Part shown: positions 1 to 13,346 of the stretch, piece by piece
How positions within the stretch are numbered: position 1 is the stretch's first letter
Layout of the letters: each line of letters opens with the position of its first letter
Source: Mobula hypostoma
Lineage: Eukaryota
Assembly (NCBI RefSeq): GCF_963921235.1
Contig: NC_086097.1
Span: forward strand, 242,112,001-242,176,000
DNA: 64,000 bases
Direction of reading: 5' to 3'
Position numbers and translations under genes: made by a program
Notes under the pieces: model-generated
Told to the model about the DNA's origin: nothing
Seen by the model: the letters and a program-made list of their open reading frames with translations, nothing else
Database searches by the model: none

Positions 1-99
1 AGACTAACCAAGTATTACACCTTGCCCAAGGATCACCAGCAGGCTAGTGGAGGGAAGGAGTGCTTTACACCTCCTTAGGTAGAGACGTATATCCACCCC

Positions 100-817
100 A
101 CCAACTAACAGATAACACCATCCCTGTTATAAAGTATGGAGGAGATAACATCATGCTATGGGGATGCTTTTCAGCAGCAGGGACCGGCAATCGGGACAGG
201 ATTGATAGGAAGATGTTACTAAATACAGCGAGATCTTGGATAAAAACTTGCTAGCCTCTGGCAGAAAGCTTAAATTGGGGAGCAAATTCATCTTTCAGCA
301 GGACAATGGCCCAAAGCACACTGCCAGGGTAACCATGAAGTGGTTGCAAGTGAAGAAGACTGATGTCCTTGAGTGGCCAGTCAGAGTCCTGACCTTAACC
401 CGATCGAACAGCTCTGAAAAAACCTCAAGACTGCTGCCCACCGCTGCTCGGCAACTAACCTGGCACAGCTTGAGCAATTTTGTAAGGAGGAATGGACAAA
501 CCTTGCTCCATCATTATTTGCAAAGCTAATAGAAACTTATCCAATAAAACTACTGGCTGTAATAGCTGCGAGAGGTGGTTCAATTAAGTACTGAGCAAAG
601 GGGATGAACACCTTTTGAACTGCTGACATTTCAGCTTTTGATTTTCTAGTTTCTCATGCTTTACAATTTTCCCTGTTTTTTTGGGCTCTGCTGTGAAAAA
701 AGTGCATGTGATTCACAAATAAAAATTCTCAGTTAAATTAATCAAAATCCCTGGTTGTAATCTCATTTACACCGTGTGAACAAAGGGTTGGGGGCTGAAT
801 ACTTCTTCAAGGCATTG
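100..817 (+). mobile_element. Tc1-family DNA transposon, 3' part: degenerate transposase C-terminus and right terminal repeat
   Basis: Translations [20 protein letters not shown] and FIFQQDNGPKHTA...LEWP are Tc1 DDE motifs. AATAAA near 717; end GGGGCTGAATACTT...CATTG followed by TA. Confidence 0.85.
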
Positions 818-839
818 TACATCCACAATCCCTCTGTTC

Positions 840-2120
840 TCAGAATCAGAATCACTGGCATATGTCATGAATTTTTTTGTATTGCAGTGCAGTGCAAAAA
901 CTATAAATTACAATAGGTATATATGAAAATATAAATTAAATAATAGTGCAAAAAGAGGGTTCATTGCCCTTTCAGAAATCTGATGGCGAAGGGGCAGGCG
1001 CTGTTCCTGAAATGTTGAGTGTGTGTCTTACGGTCTAAATTTAATATCAAAATACATACATGTCACAATATACAACCCTGAGATTAATTTTCTTGCAGGC
1101 ATACTCAATAGAATAATAACCATAACAGAATCAATGAACGACCAAACCAACTTGGACGTTCAACCAGCATGCAAAAGACAACAAACTCTGCAAATACAAA
1201 AAGAAAGAAATAATAATAAATAAACAAACAAACAAACAAATAAATAAATATCAAGAACATAAGATGAAGAGTGCTTGAAAGTGGGTCCATGGTTTGTGGA
1301 ACCATTCGGCAATGGGGCTCTATGTCGTTAGGAGTTTGAGGACATTTGGCATGATGGTGTCTGGTGTCTGCATGGGATCAGAAAAAGCTGCAGAGCTCAA
1401 TCAGCTCAGTCCTGGGCCCCTGGGCCCCTGGACTCCCCAGCATCAAGGACATCTTCAGCAGACGATGCCTCAGTAAGGTGGCGTCCATCATTAAGGTCTC
1501 ACATCATCCACAACATGGCCTTTTCTCATTACTGGCATCAGAGAGCAGATACAGGAGGCTGAAGACACACACTCAACATTTCACAAATAGCTTCTTCCCC
1601 TCTGCCATCAGACTTCTCAACGGACCATGAACCCATGAATCCACCTCGCTAATTTTGCTCCTATTGTACTACTTTTAAAATATACATTTCTTATTGTAAT
1701 TTATACTATATTTTATATATTGCACTGTACCACTGCCATAAAATAACAAATTTCAGGACATGCATATATATGTCCCCATATACAACCCTGAGCTTCGTTT
1801 TCTTGCGGGCATTCTCAGTAAATCCAATAACCATAATAGAATCAATGAAAGGATAGACAGTCAACCAATGCGCAAAAGACAACAAAATGTGCAAATATCA
1901 AAAAAAAATTTAAATAAATAAGCGATAAATATTGAGAAGGTAAGATGAAGAGTCCTTCAAAGTGAGTCCAAAGGTTGAGGAAACTGTTCAGCGATGGGGT
2001 GAGTGAAGTTACCCCCTTTGGTTCAAGAGCCTGATGGTTGAGGGGTAATAACTGTTCCTGAACCTGGTGGTGTGAGTCCTGATGCTCCTGTACCTTCTTC
2101 CTGATGGCAGCTGGGGGAAG
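840..2120. mobile_element. Cluster of 3'-end fragments of Rex1/L2-like LINEs in both orientations
   Basis: HPQHGLFSLLASESRYRRLKTHTQHFTNSFFPSAIRLLN at 1364-1630 is the typical Rex1 ORF C-terminus; a shared 3' UTR recurs across the window. Confidence 0.7.
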
Positions 2121-2423
2121 AGATCTTGCTTCGAGGAAATTATATGGGAGATGTTGGAGGTGTTTTTTTTACACAGAGTGTGGTGGCTGCATGGAATGTG
2201 CTGCCAGAGGTGGCAGTGGAAGCAGATACATTGGGGACATTACAACACTCTTAGGTAGGCACATGGACGAAAGGAAAATGGAGGCCTATGTGGGAGGGAA
2301 GTGCCAGATTGATCTTGAAGTAGTTTAAAGGGTCGGCACAACATTGTGCGCCAGAAGGCTTGTACTTTGCTGTACTGTGCTATATGCGAAGACTACCTTT
2401 CACTCAGAGCATAGGAGACAGAA

Positions 2424-2900
2424 CAGTATGCTATCATGTTTGCTGTTGTGTGCTGGGGCAGCAGGCTGAGGGTGGCAGACACCAACAGAATCAACAATCT
2501 CATTCGTAAGGCCAGTGATGTTGTGGGGATGGAACTGGACTCTCTGACGGTGGTGTCTGAAAAGAGGATGCTGTCCAAGTTGCATGCCATCTTGGACAAT
2601 GTCTCCCATCCACTACATAATGTACTGGGTGGGCACAGGAGTACATTCAGCCAGAGACTCATTCCACCGAGATGCAACACAGAGTGTCATAGGAAGTCAT
2701 TCCTGCCTGTGGCCATCAAACTTTACAACTCCTCCCTTGGAGGGTCACACACCCTGAGCCAATAGGCTGGTCCTGGACTTATTTCCTGGCATAATTTACA
2801 TATTATTGTTTAATTATTTAGGGTTTTATTACTATTTAATTATTTATGGTGCAACTGTAACAAAAACCAGTTTGCCTTGGGATCAATGACTATGACTATA
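2424..2900 (+). mobile_element. Rex1/Babar LINE, 5'-truncated 3' end
   Basis: ORF 2436-2765 nearly identical to the C-terminus of ORF 41326-42543; (GACTAT)n tail. Confidence 0.85.
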
Positions 2901-3740
2901 GAACATAGAACATAGAATAGTACAGCACAGTACAGGCCCTTTGGCCCACAATGTTGTGCCGACCCTCAAACCCTGCCTCCCATATAAGCCCCCACCTTAG
3001 ATTCCTCCATATACCTGTCTAGTAGTCTCTTAAACTTCACTAGTGTATCTGCCTCCACCACTGACTCAGGCAGTGCATTCCACGCACCAACCACTCTCTG
3101 AGTAAAAAACCTTCCTCTAATATCTCCCTTGAACTTCCCACCCCTTACCTTAAAGCCATGTCCTCTTGTATTGATCAGTGGTGCCCTGGGGAAGAGGCGC
3201 TGGCTATCCACTCTATCTATTCCTCTTATTATCTTGTACACCTCTATCATGTCTCCTCTCATCCTCCTTCTCTCCAAAGAGTAAAGCCCTAGCTCCCTTA
3301 ATCTCTGATCATAATGCATACTTTCTAAACCAGGCAGCATCCTGGTAAATCTCCTCTGTACCCTTTCCAATGCTTCCACATCCTTCCTATAGTGAGGCGA
3401 CCAGAACTGGACACAGTACTCCAAGTGTGGCCTAACCAGAGTTTTATAGAGCTGCATCATTACATCGCGACTCTTAAACTCTATCCCTCGACTTATGAAA
3501 GCTAACACCCCATAAGCTTTCTTAACTACCCTAACCACCTGTGAGGCAACTTTCAGGGATCTGTGGACATGTACCCCCAGATCCCTCTGCTCCTCCACAC
3601 TACCAAGTATCCTGTCATTTACTTTGTACTCTGCCTTGGAGTTTGTCCTTCCAAAGTGTACCACCTCACACTTCTCCGGGTTGAACTCCATCTGCCACTT
3701 CTCAGCCCACTTCTGCATCCTATCAATGTCTCTCTGCAAT
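2901..3740 (-). mobile_element. Young CR1 LINE 3' end, inserted in the Rex1 tail
   Basis: Uninterrupted 257-aa ORF2 C-terminus ([15 protein letters not shown]), (TTCTATG)n tail, 11-bp TSD CTATGACTATA at 2890-2900 and 3741-3751. Confidence 0.92.
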
Positions 3741-4479
3741 CTATGACTATAATCAACACAGAACTAAGTGTGGGAAGCTAGAGAAAAAACTACGGGATGC
3801 TTGCGGACATATTTGTATCACTGGGGTGCCGAAGGACTGGAAGATGGCTAATCTTGCACTTATATTTAAGAAGGGCTACGAGGAGAAGCCTGGTAACAAC
3901 AGGCTGGTGAGCTTAACATAAACGGAGGGTAATTTATTGGATGGGAGTCACTCCGAGATACGGGACCTAACTGTGTTAGGAACAACAAGGACGGGTATAT
4001 GGATAGGAAAGGTTTAGAGTCATAAGGGCCAAACACAGGTAAGTTGGACTAGCTCAATTAGGCAACTTAGTCAGTACAAATAATTTGGACCAAACGGACT
4101 GTTTCTGAGCTCTATGACTATATTCTTAAAAAACAGTTTGGTCTAATTAACAGCAATTTGTTTCTCTCATTGACATTTAATCTGGTTACAATACAGGCTA
4201 TGATGACATTCGAAAACCTTGATGTATTCAACAGGTCGAACAACAAATTTGGAGAAGTACAAGTCACTGGATTCTTCATTTCAAAGATTCCTTACAAGAC
4301 GGTGGTGGTTTGTCTGCAATGATCCTGCAGCAGGATGCACAGCTGCAATGAATACTTATTACCACTAGAGGGCAGGACAATCCCATATTTTCTGGATCCT
4401 ACTTCAAATTGTGAAAACGATTTGCAGAAAAATATATTCTTCAAAGGAATATATTTGCCTCTACCACCGCCCCAGCAGG

Positions 4480-5330
4480 GTGTTCCACACACCCACTACT
4501 CTCACCTCTGACATCTCCCTACACTTTCTTCCAGTCATTTAAAAATTATGCCCTGGTATTAGATGTTTCCGCTGGATGTCTCTAGCTGTCCTCTCGATCT
4601 ATGCGTCTTATCATCTTGTATACCTCCATCAAGTTACTTTTCATCTTCCTTCATCCCAAAGAGAAAAACCCTAAATCACTCAAGCTAGCTTCATTAGACA
4701 TGTTCTCTAATCCATGCAGCATCTGGTAAATCTCTGCATCTTTTCTAAAGCTTCTATGGCCTTCCTAAAATCAGGTGACCAGAACTGAACACAATATTCC
4801 AAGGGTTGTTTAACCAGAATTTGGTAGAGCTACAACATTACCTTGCAACTCTTGAACACAATCATCCGATGAATGAAGGCCAATACACCATATACCTTTT
4901 TAACAACTCTATCAACTTTGATGGATCGATGGACCTGGACCCGCAAGATTCCTCTGTTCCCCTACACTGTTAAGGATCCTCCTATTAACCTTGTCCTCTG
5001 CTTTCATATTTAAGTGAATCATTTCACACTTTACTGGATTGAACTCTATCTGCCACTTCTCAGTCCAGCATTGCATCCTGTCAATGTCCCGTTGTAACTA
5101 CAAAATAATCCGCAGATGCTGGGGTCAAAGCAACACTCACAACACGCTGGAGGAACTCAGCAGGTCGGGCAGCACCCATGGAAACGATCAGTCAACGTTC
5201 CGGGCCGGAATGTTGACTGATCATTTCCACGGATGCTGCCTGACCTGCTGAGTTCCTCCAGCGTGTTGTGAGTGTCCCGTTGTAACTGATGACTATCCAC
5301 AACTCCATGTGTCATCTGCACACCTACGTC
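4480..5330 (-). mobile_element. Decayed CR1 fragment containing a Penelope-type hairpin insertion (about 5100-5275)
   Basis: CR1 ORF2-like sequence; internal inverted repeat ACACGCTGGAGGAACTCAGCAGGTC ... GACCTGCTGAGTTCCTCCAGCGTGT. Confidence 0.7.
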
Positions 5331-5789
5331 CCACCATATGATATCCAGTTATGTGATAAATTTAAGCTTTCAGGCTGAACAAACATATGAGTTAACCAAA
5401 CTGTTCGGAAGTCCTTGGCTAAATTTCACTGAAAATCAAGCGAGTTTATTCACTGCATCGCTGCCTTTTACAGACGTGCAGTTCAAGATTCCTTTACTAC
5501 CTTACTTTCCATTTTTCTATTTTCTATTTATGCTTTATAATTTAAATTTTTAATATTTACTAATTTTAAACTATTTTTAATATTTAATATTTGTAATCCA
5601 GGGAGTGGGAAGCGCAGAATCAAATATTGCTGTGATGATTGTACGTTCTAGTACCAATTGTTTGACGACAATGAAGTATAAAGTATAAAGATTCAAGACT
5701 GTTTAATGTAATTTCCAGTACACAAGTGTAAAGGAAAACAAAATAAATAAAAAAAGGAAGATAAAGAACACAACATTAGATATAAATTT

Positions 5790-6989
5790 ACAATGGAGGG
5801 GTCTTGAGTTGGAAAGTGCTCTGTATGAGAAGGATTTGGGTGTCTAGTAGACTCATCACTGTTAATCTAGACAATGCACAGAAGTGATTAGGAAGGCAAA
5901 TAGAACATTGGGCTATATAATGTGCTTAGTGGGGTTCACATCTAGAGACATATGCCTTAAGCTGTTTAATGCACTTGTGAGGCCTCACCTTGAGTACGGT
6001 GTACAATCCTGGTCTCCATATTTGTGAGGGAAGTGAAAGCACGGGAGAGAATTCAGAAAAGGGTGACTAGACTCATTCTGGGTCTGCTGGGTATGTGCTA
6101 TGAAGAAAGATTGAAATAATTAAATATTTTTAGGCTAAGTAGATGTAGAATGAGAGGAGACATGATAGAGGTGTTCAAAGTCATTACGAGTATAGGTAAG
6201 GTGCTACTTCAAGATTAATCCATCAACGAGGACTCGGGGTCATAGGTGGAGACTGGTTCTAGTGAGATTCATCAGGAAGCTTTTCTTTACACAGCGGGTT
6301 GTGGACACATGGAACAAACTGCCTAGTTGTGTGGTTGAGAGTAGTACCTTGGAGACTTTCGAATCTCAACTCGATAGTTATTTCAGCACACTATGTGACT
6401 AGGAATTTGCAAGCTTTGTTGGGCTGAATGGCCTGTTCATGCCAAAAACTTTCTAATAGAAACATAGAAAACCTACAGCACAATACGGGCCCTTTGGCCC
6501 ACAAAGCTGTGCCAAAGATGTCCTTACCTTAGAACTACCTAGGCTTACCCTTAGCCCTCTATTTTTCTAAGCTCCGTGTACCTATCCAGAAGTCTCTTAA
6601 AAGACCTTATCATATCCACCTCCACCACCGTCACCGGCAGCCCATTCCACGCACTCACCATTCCGCATAAAAAACTTACCCCTGACATCTCCTCTGTACC
6701 TCCTTCCAAGCACCTTAAAACAGTGCCCTCTTGCGTTAGCCATTTCAGCTCTGGGAAAAAGCCTCTGACTATCCACACGATCAATGCCTGTCATCATGTT
6801 CTAAACCATGATAACTATAACTTTGGTTCTGGTACTCAAATGAAGGTACTGAGGGTAAGGATGATCTTAGATCACAAGACCATAAGATATGGAAGCAGAA
6901 GTAGGCCATTCGGCCCATCAAGTCTGCTCTACCATTCAACCATGGGCTGATCCAATTCTTCCAGTCATCTCCACTCCCCTGCCTTCACC
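5790..6989. mobile_element. CR1 3'-end fragments (+ 5790-6455; - 6458-6800; - 6870-6989)
   Basis: VRPHLEY/FFTQRVV-type motifs and CR1 microsatellite tails. Confidence 0.75.
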
Positions 6990-8649
6990 TGTTACATACC
7001 TCATGGATATCTTGTGACTGTCTTATGACCATGATGTAATTGAGTATCTTATGAGCATGAGGTAATGGTCATGTGATCGTGGGGTGATGTAATTTTCCCG
7101 CCAGTGTGAGGTCACGTGATGACATGTTCTCACCAGGTATATAAAGGGAGACCCCTGGTGTGACGCAGTTAGTTTTTCCAGTTGAGTTTTAAGTTTAGTT
7201 CGTTATTTAATTCATTAGGTACTCCGTTATGCTGTGTATTCATCTTATGACGCAGTTTTGTTTTAAATTGGAGTTGTACTTTCTATTGTAAGTAGTATTG
7301 GAGAGTGAAGACCTCACCAAAGTACAGGAATTCGCCGAGTCGAGTAAAGCTGATATCGTTTGGCGGTTTTGGAGAGGATCGACCTTTATTGAACCTTTGT
7401 TCAAGAAATAGTGACTTGCATTTTGAGATATCCTCTGCTAAAGCAGGAAGGATTGCACAGTGTCTATTCTCCAGAGGAAAAGGTCAGCTCCTTTAAACTG
7501 TTTTATTTCTGTCGTTGTGAATCCTGCGGACGAGGCAGGTTCCAGCTGGGATCAGCAGTAACATCACGTCTTTGAAGAATTCTTTACTTCAGGAATGTCT
7601 CTCCTAATTGACTGTATAAATCTCCTGGACTTTTGAATTTACCATTCTAAGAACTGTGTTTGAATTTACCACTTTAAGAACTGTTTTCGCATTAACCCTT
7701 TTAAGAAGATGGCTTTGTGGCTAAGTTTGCTGACGATACGAAGATAGGTGGAGGGGCCGGTAGATGCAACGGGACTTGGGAGTCCTCGTACAGGACACCC
7801 TTAAGGTTAACCTCCAGGTTGAGTCAGTAGTGAAGAAGGCGAATGCAATGTTGGCATTCATTTCTAGAGGAATAGAGTATAGGAGCAGAGATGTGATGTT
7901 GAGGCTCTATAAAGCGCTGGTGAGACCTCACTTGGAGTACTGTGGGCAGTTTTGGTCTCCTTATTTAAGAAAGGATGTGCTGACGTTGGAGAGGGTACAG
8001 AGAAGATTCACTAGAGTGATTCCGGGAATGAGAGGGTTAACATATGAGGAACGTTTGTCCGTTCTTGCACTGTATTCCTTGGAGTTTAGAAGAATGAGGG
8101 GAGACCTCATAGAAACATTTCGAATGTTGAAAGGCATGGACAGGGTGGATGTGGCAAAGTTGTTTCCCATGATGGGGGAGTCTAGTACGAGAGGGCATGA
8201 CTTAAGGATTGAAGGGCGCCCATTCAGAACATAAACGCGAAGAAATTTTTTTAGTCAGAGGGTGATGAATCTATGGAATTTGTTGCCACGGGCAGCAGTG
8301 GAGGCCAAGTCATTGGGTGTATTTAAGGCAGAGATTGATAGGTATCTGAGTAGCCAGGGCATCAAAGGTTATGGTGTGAAGGCGGGGGAGTAGGACTAAA
8401 TGGGAGAATGGATCAGCTCATGATAAAATGGCGGAGCAGACTCGATGGGCCGAACGGCCGACTTCTGCTCCTTTGTCTTATGGTCTTACGGTCTAAGAAC
8501 TGTTCCAGATTTGCCATATAGCAGTTAACTTCCAGTTAAGTTAATCGTTTAAATATATTTCGCTATTTTTGAGCAGAGTTTATTAAATGTTTGTTGGTTT
8601 TTATGAAACTTGACTCAATTGTATATTCATTGTTTCCAGTCAAGTGACA
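6990..8649 (+). mobile_element. LTR (TG...CA) interrupted by a CR1, followed by a tRNA-Pro-like PBS
   Basis: Starts TGTTACATACCTCATGG like the copy at 17031; TATA box near 7138; ends GTGACA; followed by TGGGGACTCGT, close to the tRNA-Pro PBS TGGGGGCTCGT. Confidence 0.8.
7708..8493 (+). mobile_element. CR1 3' end with internal deletion, nested in the LTR
   Basis: KFADDTKIGG joined directly to QRDLGVLV; TSD TAAGAA at 7702-7707 and 8494-8499. Confidence 0.85.
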
Positions 8650-9609
8650 TAATTTGGGGACTCGTAAGGATTGTTCCAATGTTGAGCTTAAGTGGTTGTT
8701 TAATTATCAGCCTGATTTGGAAAAGGGAAATATGGGAGATATCTTATATACAAAGATTGATTGTATGTCCATAAAGTGACACTCATCATCATTACATGCT
8801 GTGTTGTATGACGTGGTTGATCATGGTCTCCATGACCATGATTGTTCCTGGCAAACTTTTCCACAGAACTCTTTTGCCATCGCCTTCTTCTGGGCAGTGT
8901 CTTTACAAGATGGGTGACCCCAGCCATTATCAATTCTCTTCAGAGATTGTCTGCCTGGCGTCAGTGGTCACCCACTGTGATTTGCACCAGCTGCTCCTAT
9001 GACCATCCCCCACCTGTTCCCATGGTTTCACGGGACCCTGATCGGGCTGGGGTAGGCTCAGCAGGTCCTACACCGTGCCCAAGGGTGACCTGCAGGCTAG
9101 CGGAGGGAAGGAGCGCCTTACATCCCCTTTGGCAGAGACATATCTCCACCCTGTCACCAAAGTGACGCTAGGCTGTACGTAAGGTGACTATAAGGAAATA
9201 ATAAAGGAGTGGTGGAGTTGGTTGGTGGAGGTGTTGATCAATCTTACTGGATGGAGAGAGTAACTGTTTTTGATGTAATGGATGCTTTCTATCCTCCCCT
9301 CTGATGGCAGTGGGACAAACAGTCCATGAGCAGGGTCGGTGAGATTCTTTATGATGTTACTGACCTTTTTCTGACACCTTTCCGAATATACGCTCTTGAT
9401 GACGGATAGGCTAGTGCCGGAGAAGCGCTGGGCAGTTCTGACTGTCCTTCCTGTCTGCTGCAGTACAGTTTCTGGATTGCACGTTCAATCCAGAACTCAC
9501 AAATTACCGAAGGGTAAGATGGCAGGAGTTCCTGTTCCTGAGCACGATTCAGGCTGACAAAAAAATAACACCATTTGCTGAATATAATTCACATTTCTAG
9601 ATTCACTTA

Positions 9610-10797
9610 ACAGGGGTCCACGTCTCTTGGTCCCTCAAAGTTGCAGCGCAGGTTGATAGGGTGGTTAACAAGACTTACGTGCTGGCCTTCATTAGTCAGG
9701 GGATTGAGTTCAAAGGCCACGAGGTAATGTTGAGCTCTATGGTGAGGAAGGCAAACAAGATGTTAGCATACATTTCGAGAGGATTAGGATATAAAAGCAA
9801 GGATGTAATGGTGAGGCCTTATAAGGTGCTGATGGGGCCTCACCTGGAGTATTGTGAGCACTTCTGGGCCCCTATTCTATGAAAAGATGTGTTGAATTGG
9901 AGAGGGTTCAAAGGAGGTTCACAAAAATTATTCCGGGATTGAAAAGCTTATCATATGAGGAGCGTTGGATGGCTCTGGGCCTGTATTCACTGGTACTCAG
10001 AAGAATGAGGGGTGACCTCATTGAAACCTATCGAATGTTGAAAGGCCTTGATAGATAGATGTGGAGAGCTGTTTCCTATAGTGAGGGAGCCTAAGACCAG
10101 AGGACACAGCCTCAGAATAGAGGGGTGTCTATTTGGAACAGAAATGAGGAGAAATCTCTTTAGCCAGAGAGTGGTGAATCTGTGGAATTCGTTGCCACAT
10201 GTGCTGTTGAGGCCAAGTCATTGGGTATCTTTAAGGCAAAGGCTGGTAGATTCTTGATTAGTCAGGGCTAGATGGGATATGGGGAGAAGGCAGGAGATTG
10301 GGGCTGAGAGGGAAATTCATTAGCCATGAAATAGTGCAGCAGAACTGATGGGCCAAATGGCCCAATTCTACTCCTATACCTTATGGTCTATAAAACTTTG
10401 GTTAGACCACACTTGGAATACTGTGTTCAGTTCTGCTCACCTCATTATAGGAAGGATGTGGAAGCTTTGGAGAGGGTTCAGAGAGGATTAGAGGGCATAT
10501 CCTATGAAGATAGGCTGAGCGAGCTAGGACTTTTTCCTTTGGAGCAGAAAAGGATGAGAGGTGACTTGATAGGGTAGAGGTGTATATGTTGATGAGACAT
10601 TGATAGAGTGAAGGGCCAAAGGATTTTTCCTCGGGAGGAAATGGCCAATATGAGGTGATGCAGTTTTAAGGTGATTCACAGAAAGTATGGGTGGGGGGGG
10701 GATATCAGAGGTAGTTTTTTTGACACAGGGAGTGGTGAGTGCCAGGGGTGGTGGTAGAGGCAAATACATTAGGGGCATTTAAGAAACCCTTAGTTAG
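9610..10797 (+). mobile_element. Two nested, decayed CR1 3' fragments
   Basis: Repeated ORF2 motifs ([34 protein letters not shown]). Confidence 0.8.
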
Positions 10798-11462
10798 ATT
10801 AGATTAGATTAGATTATGAGGACATGCAGTCCTCTTTTATTGTCATTTACTAATGCATGCATTAAGAAATGATACAATGTTCCTCCAGAATGATATCACA
10901 GAAACACAAGACAAACCAAGACTGAAAAACTGACAAAAATCACATAATTATAACATATAGTTACAACAGTGCAAGCAATACCATAATTTGATAGAACAGA
11001 CCATGGGCACGGTAAAAAGTCTCAAAGTCTCTCAAAAGTCCCAACGTCTCACGCAGACGGTTGAAGGGAGAAACTCTCCCTGCCATGAGCTTCCAGCGCC
11101 GCAAACTTGCCGATGCAGCGTCCTGGAAGCACCCGACCACAGTCCGACTCTGAATCCGTCCGAAAACTTCGAGCCTCCGACCAGCCCTCCGACACCGAGC
11201 ACCATCTCTGCCGAGCACTTCGACCCCAGCCCCAGCCGCCAGCAACAAGCAAAGCTGAGGATTTGGGGCCTTCCCCTCCGGAGATTCTCGATCGTACTGT
11301 AGCAGTGGCAGCGAAGCGGGCATTTCAGAGGTTTCTCCAGATGTTCCTCCATGCTTCTCACGTCCGTCTCCATCAAATCAGAATTGTGCACGGTCCCCCA
11401 CTTAACAAATACAGATATCATTCCAGAGCGGCCGCACGCACTGGGTCACGCCGCCATCTCTT
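10798..11462 (-). mobile_element. About 670-bp non-coding retroposon with (CTAAT)n tail, copy 1
   Basis: Collinear with 17928-18552; 5' end reads AAGAGATGGCGGC on the - strand; sits inside a CR1. Confidence 0.7.
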
Positions 11463-12189
11463 CCACATGGATTCATAGTTAGCCACATGGATGAAAGAGA
11501 GTGGAGGGCTATGTGGGAGGGAAGGGTCAGATTGATCTTAGAGTAGGTTAAAAGATCGGCACATAAGCCTCCAAACCCTCACCAATCAAGTTTCTATCAA
11601 CCACTGCCTCAAACATACATAAAGACTTGGCCTCCAGAGCTGCCCGTGGCAATGGATTCCACAGATTCGCCACTCTCAGAAAAAATTTACAAGGATGCTG
11701 CTGGAACTTGAGGACCTGAGTCATAGGGAAAGGTGAGTAAGTTTGGATAAGGACACGGATGGGAGGGGTTTGGAGAGCGATGGTCCAAGTGAAGGTTAAA
11801 TGGACAAGACCAATTAACACTTCGGTAATGACTAGATGGGCCGAAGGGCTGGTTTACTTGCTTTAGTGTTCTGTGACTCTAACACTCTCTGTAAGGTTAT
11901 ACTAAAAGCATCAATATGAATTTATTTTATTTTTATTTTGAGAAATAGTTGTGGAATAGACCTTCAAGCCACGCTGCCCAACCTGCAGCCTAATCCTGGG
12001 ACACTTTACAATGACCACTTAACCTACCAACCAGTATGTCTTGGAATGTGACCCACCCAGCCACAGGGAGAACGTACAAGTTCCTTACAGGAATTGAACT
12101 CTGGTGGCTGGTGCCATAGACCATTGTGCTGACCACTATGCTACCCTGCCATCCTGAAGAACAAAACTCTGTTAAATACTTCTACATGA

Positions 12190-12505
12190 GGAATTCTGCA
12201 GATGCTGGAAATTCAAGAAACACACATAAAAGTTGCTAGTGAACGCAGCAGGCCAGGCAGCATCTCTAGGAAGAGGTACAGTCGATGTTTTGGGCCGAGA
12301 CCCTTCGTCAGGACTAACTGAAGGAAGTCCTAGCAAGAGGTACAGTCAACGTTTCGGGCCGAGACCCTTCGTCAGGACTAACTGAAGGAAGTCCTAGGAA
12401 AAGGTACAGTCGACGTTTCGGCCCGAAACGTCGACTGTACCTCTTCCTAGAGATGCCTGCCTGGCCTGCTGCGTTCACCAGCAACTTTGATGTGTGTTGC
12501 TTAAA
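12190..12505. repeat. Penelope-type inverted repeat enclosing a tandem 64-bp hammerhead-motif unit
   Basis: Unit CTAGGAAGAGGTACAGTCGACGTTTCGGGCCGAGACCCTTCGTCAGGACTAACTGAAGGAAGTC repeated about 2.4 times, then inverted. Confidence 0.8.
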
Positions 12506-13346
12506 TACTTCTATCAAGTTTTCAATATATTCTGAAAATCCAAGTCATCTGTAAACTTCTGAGATGCTATCTGGTCCCATCTGTGAAAAATTATATTCCA
12601 TAAAACATATTTACAACTGGATTGTTGTATTGTTTCATTTTGTTTTCTCGTGCTTCCAAATTTCTACGTTTTTCATTTGAGGAGCAGGAACAAGTAAAGA
12701 GGAAGATCAGTAAAATGAGCAATTATCAGTCTGTCAGAACACAATGTAAAACAGTCTTTATGTTTCCCAGAGCTGTTATTTTGAAGTGCCCCTACCACCA
12801 CCATCTGGACACACACAGAGCATATGATGCATGTGTCTGACTGGATGCCACCCAGAACAGAGGAATGAGAGAGCTGACCTCCACACAGCAGGACTGTCTG
12901 GAGCAGGGTTCAAGCCCAGTGCACTTAGAATCAGAAACATCTCCATCACCGAACCGAAAACAAAATCTCAGAGTGTTTGACGACGAGCAGAAAACTGCAC
13001 CCAGTGGCCACTTTAGTCAGTACCTCCTGTACTTAATTAAGAGCCTCTGAGTTAATGATTGTGGTCTTCTGCTGCTGTAGACCGTCGACTTCAAGCTTTG
13101 ACGTGTTGTGCATTCAGAGATGCTCTTCTGCACACAACTCTTGTAACACGTGGTTATTTGAGTTACTGTCATCTTCCTGTCAGTGTATATTAACAATAAA
13201 GGATCATTGGTGAAATACCAGTCTGCTCATTCTCCTCCGACCTCTCTTATTAACAAGGCGTTTCCCCCCACAGAACTGCCACTTACTGGATGTATTTGTT
13301 TTTTGCACCATTCCCTGTAAGCTCTAAAGACTGCTGTCCGTGATCG

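Noticed and set aside
10961..11478. Several overlapping 100-130 aa ORFs
   Set aside because: They arise from GC-rich repeat sequence and are not preserved in the second copy near 18100-18500.
12266..12420. CRISPR-like array
   Set aside because: Units are whole tandem duplicates without unique spacers, in eukaryotic DNA with no cas genes.
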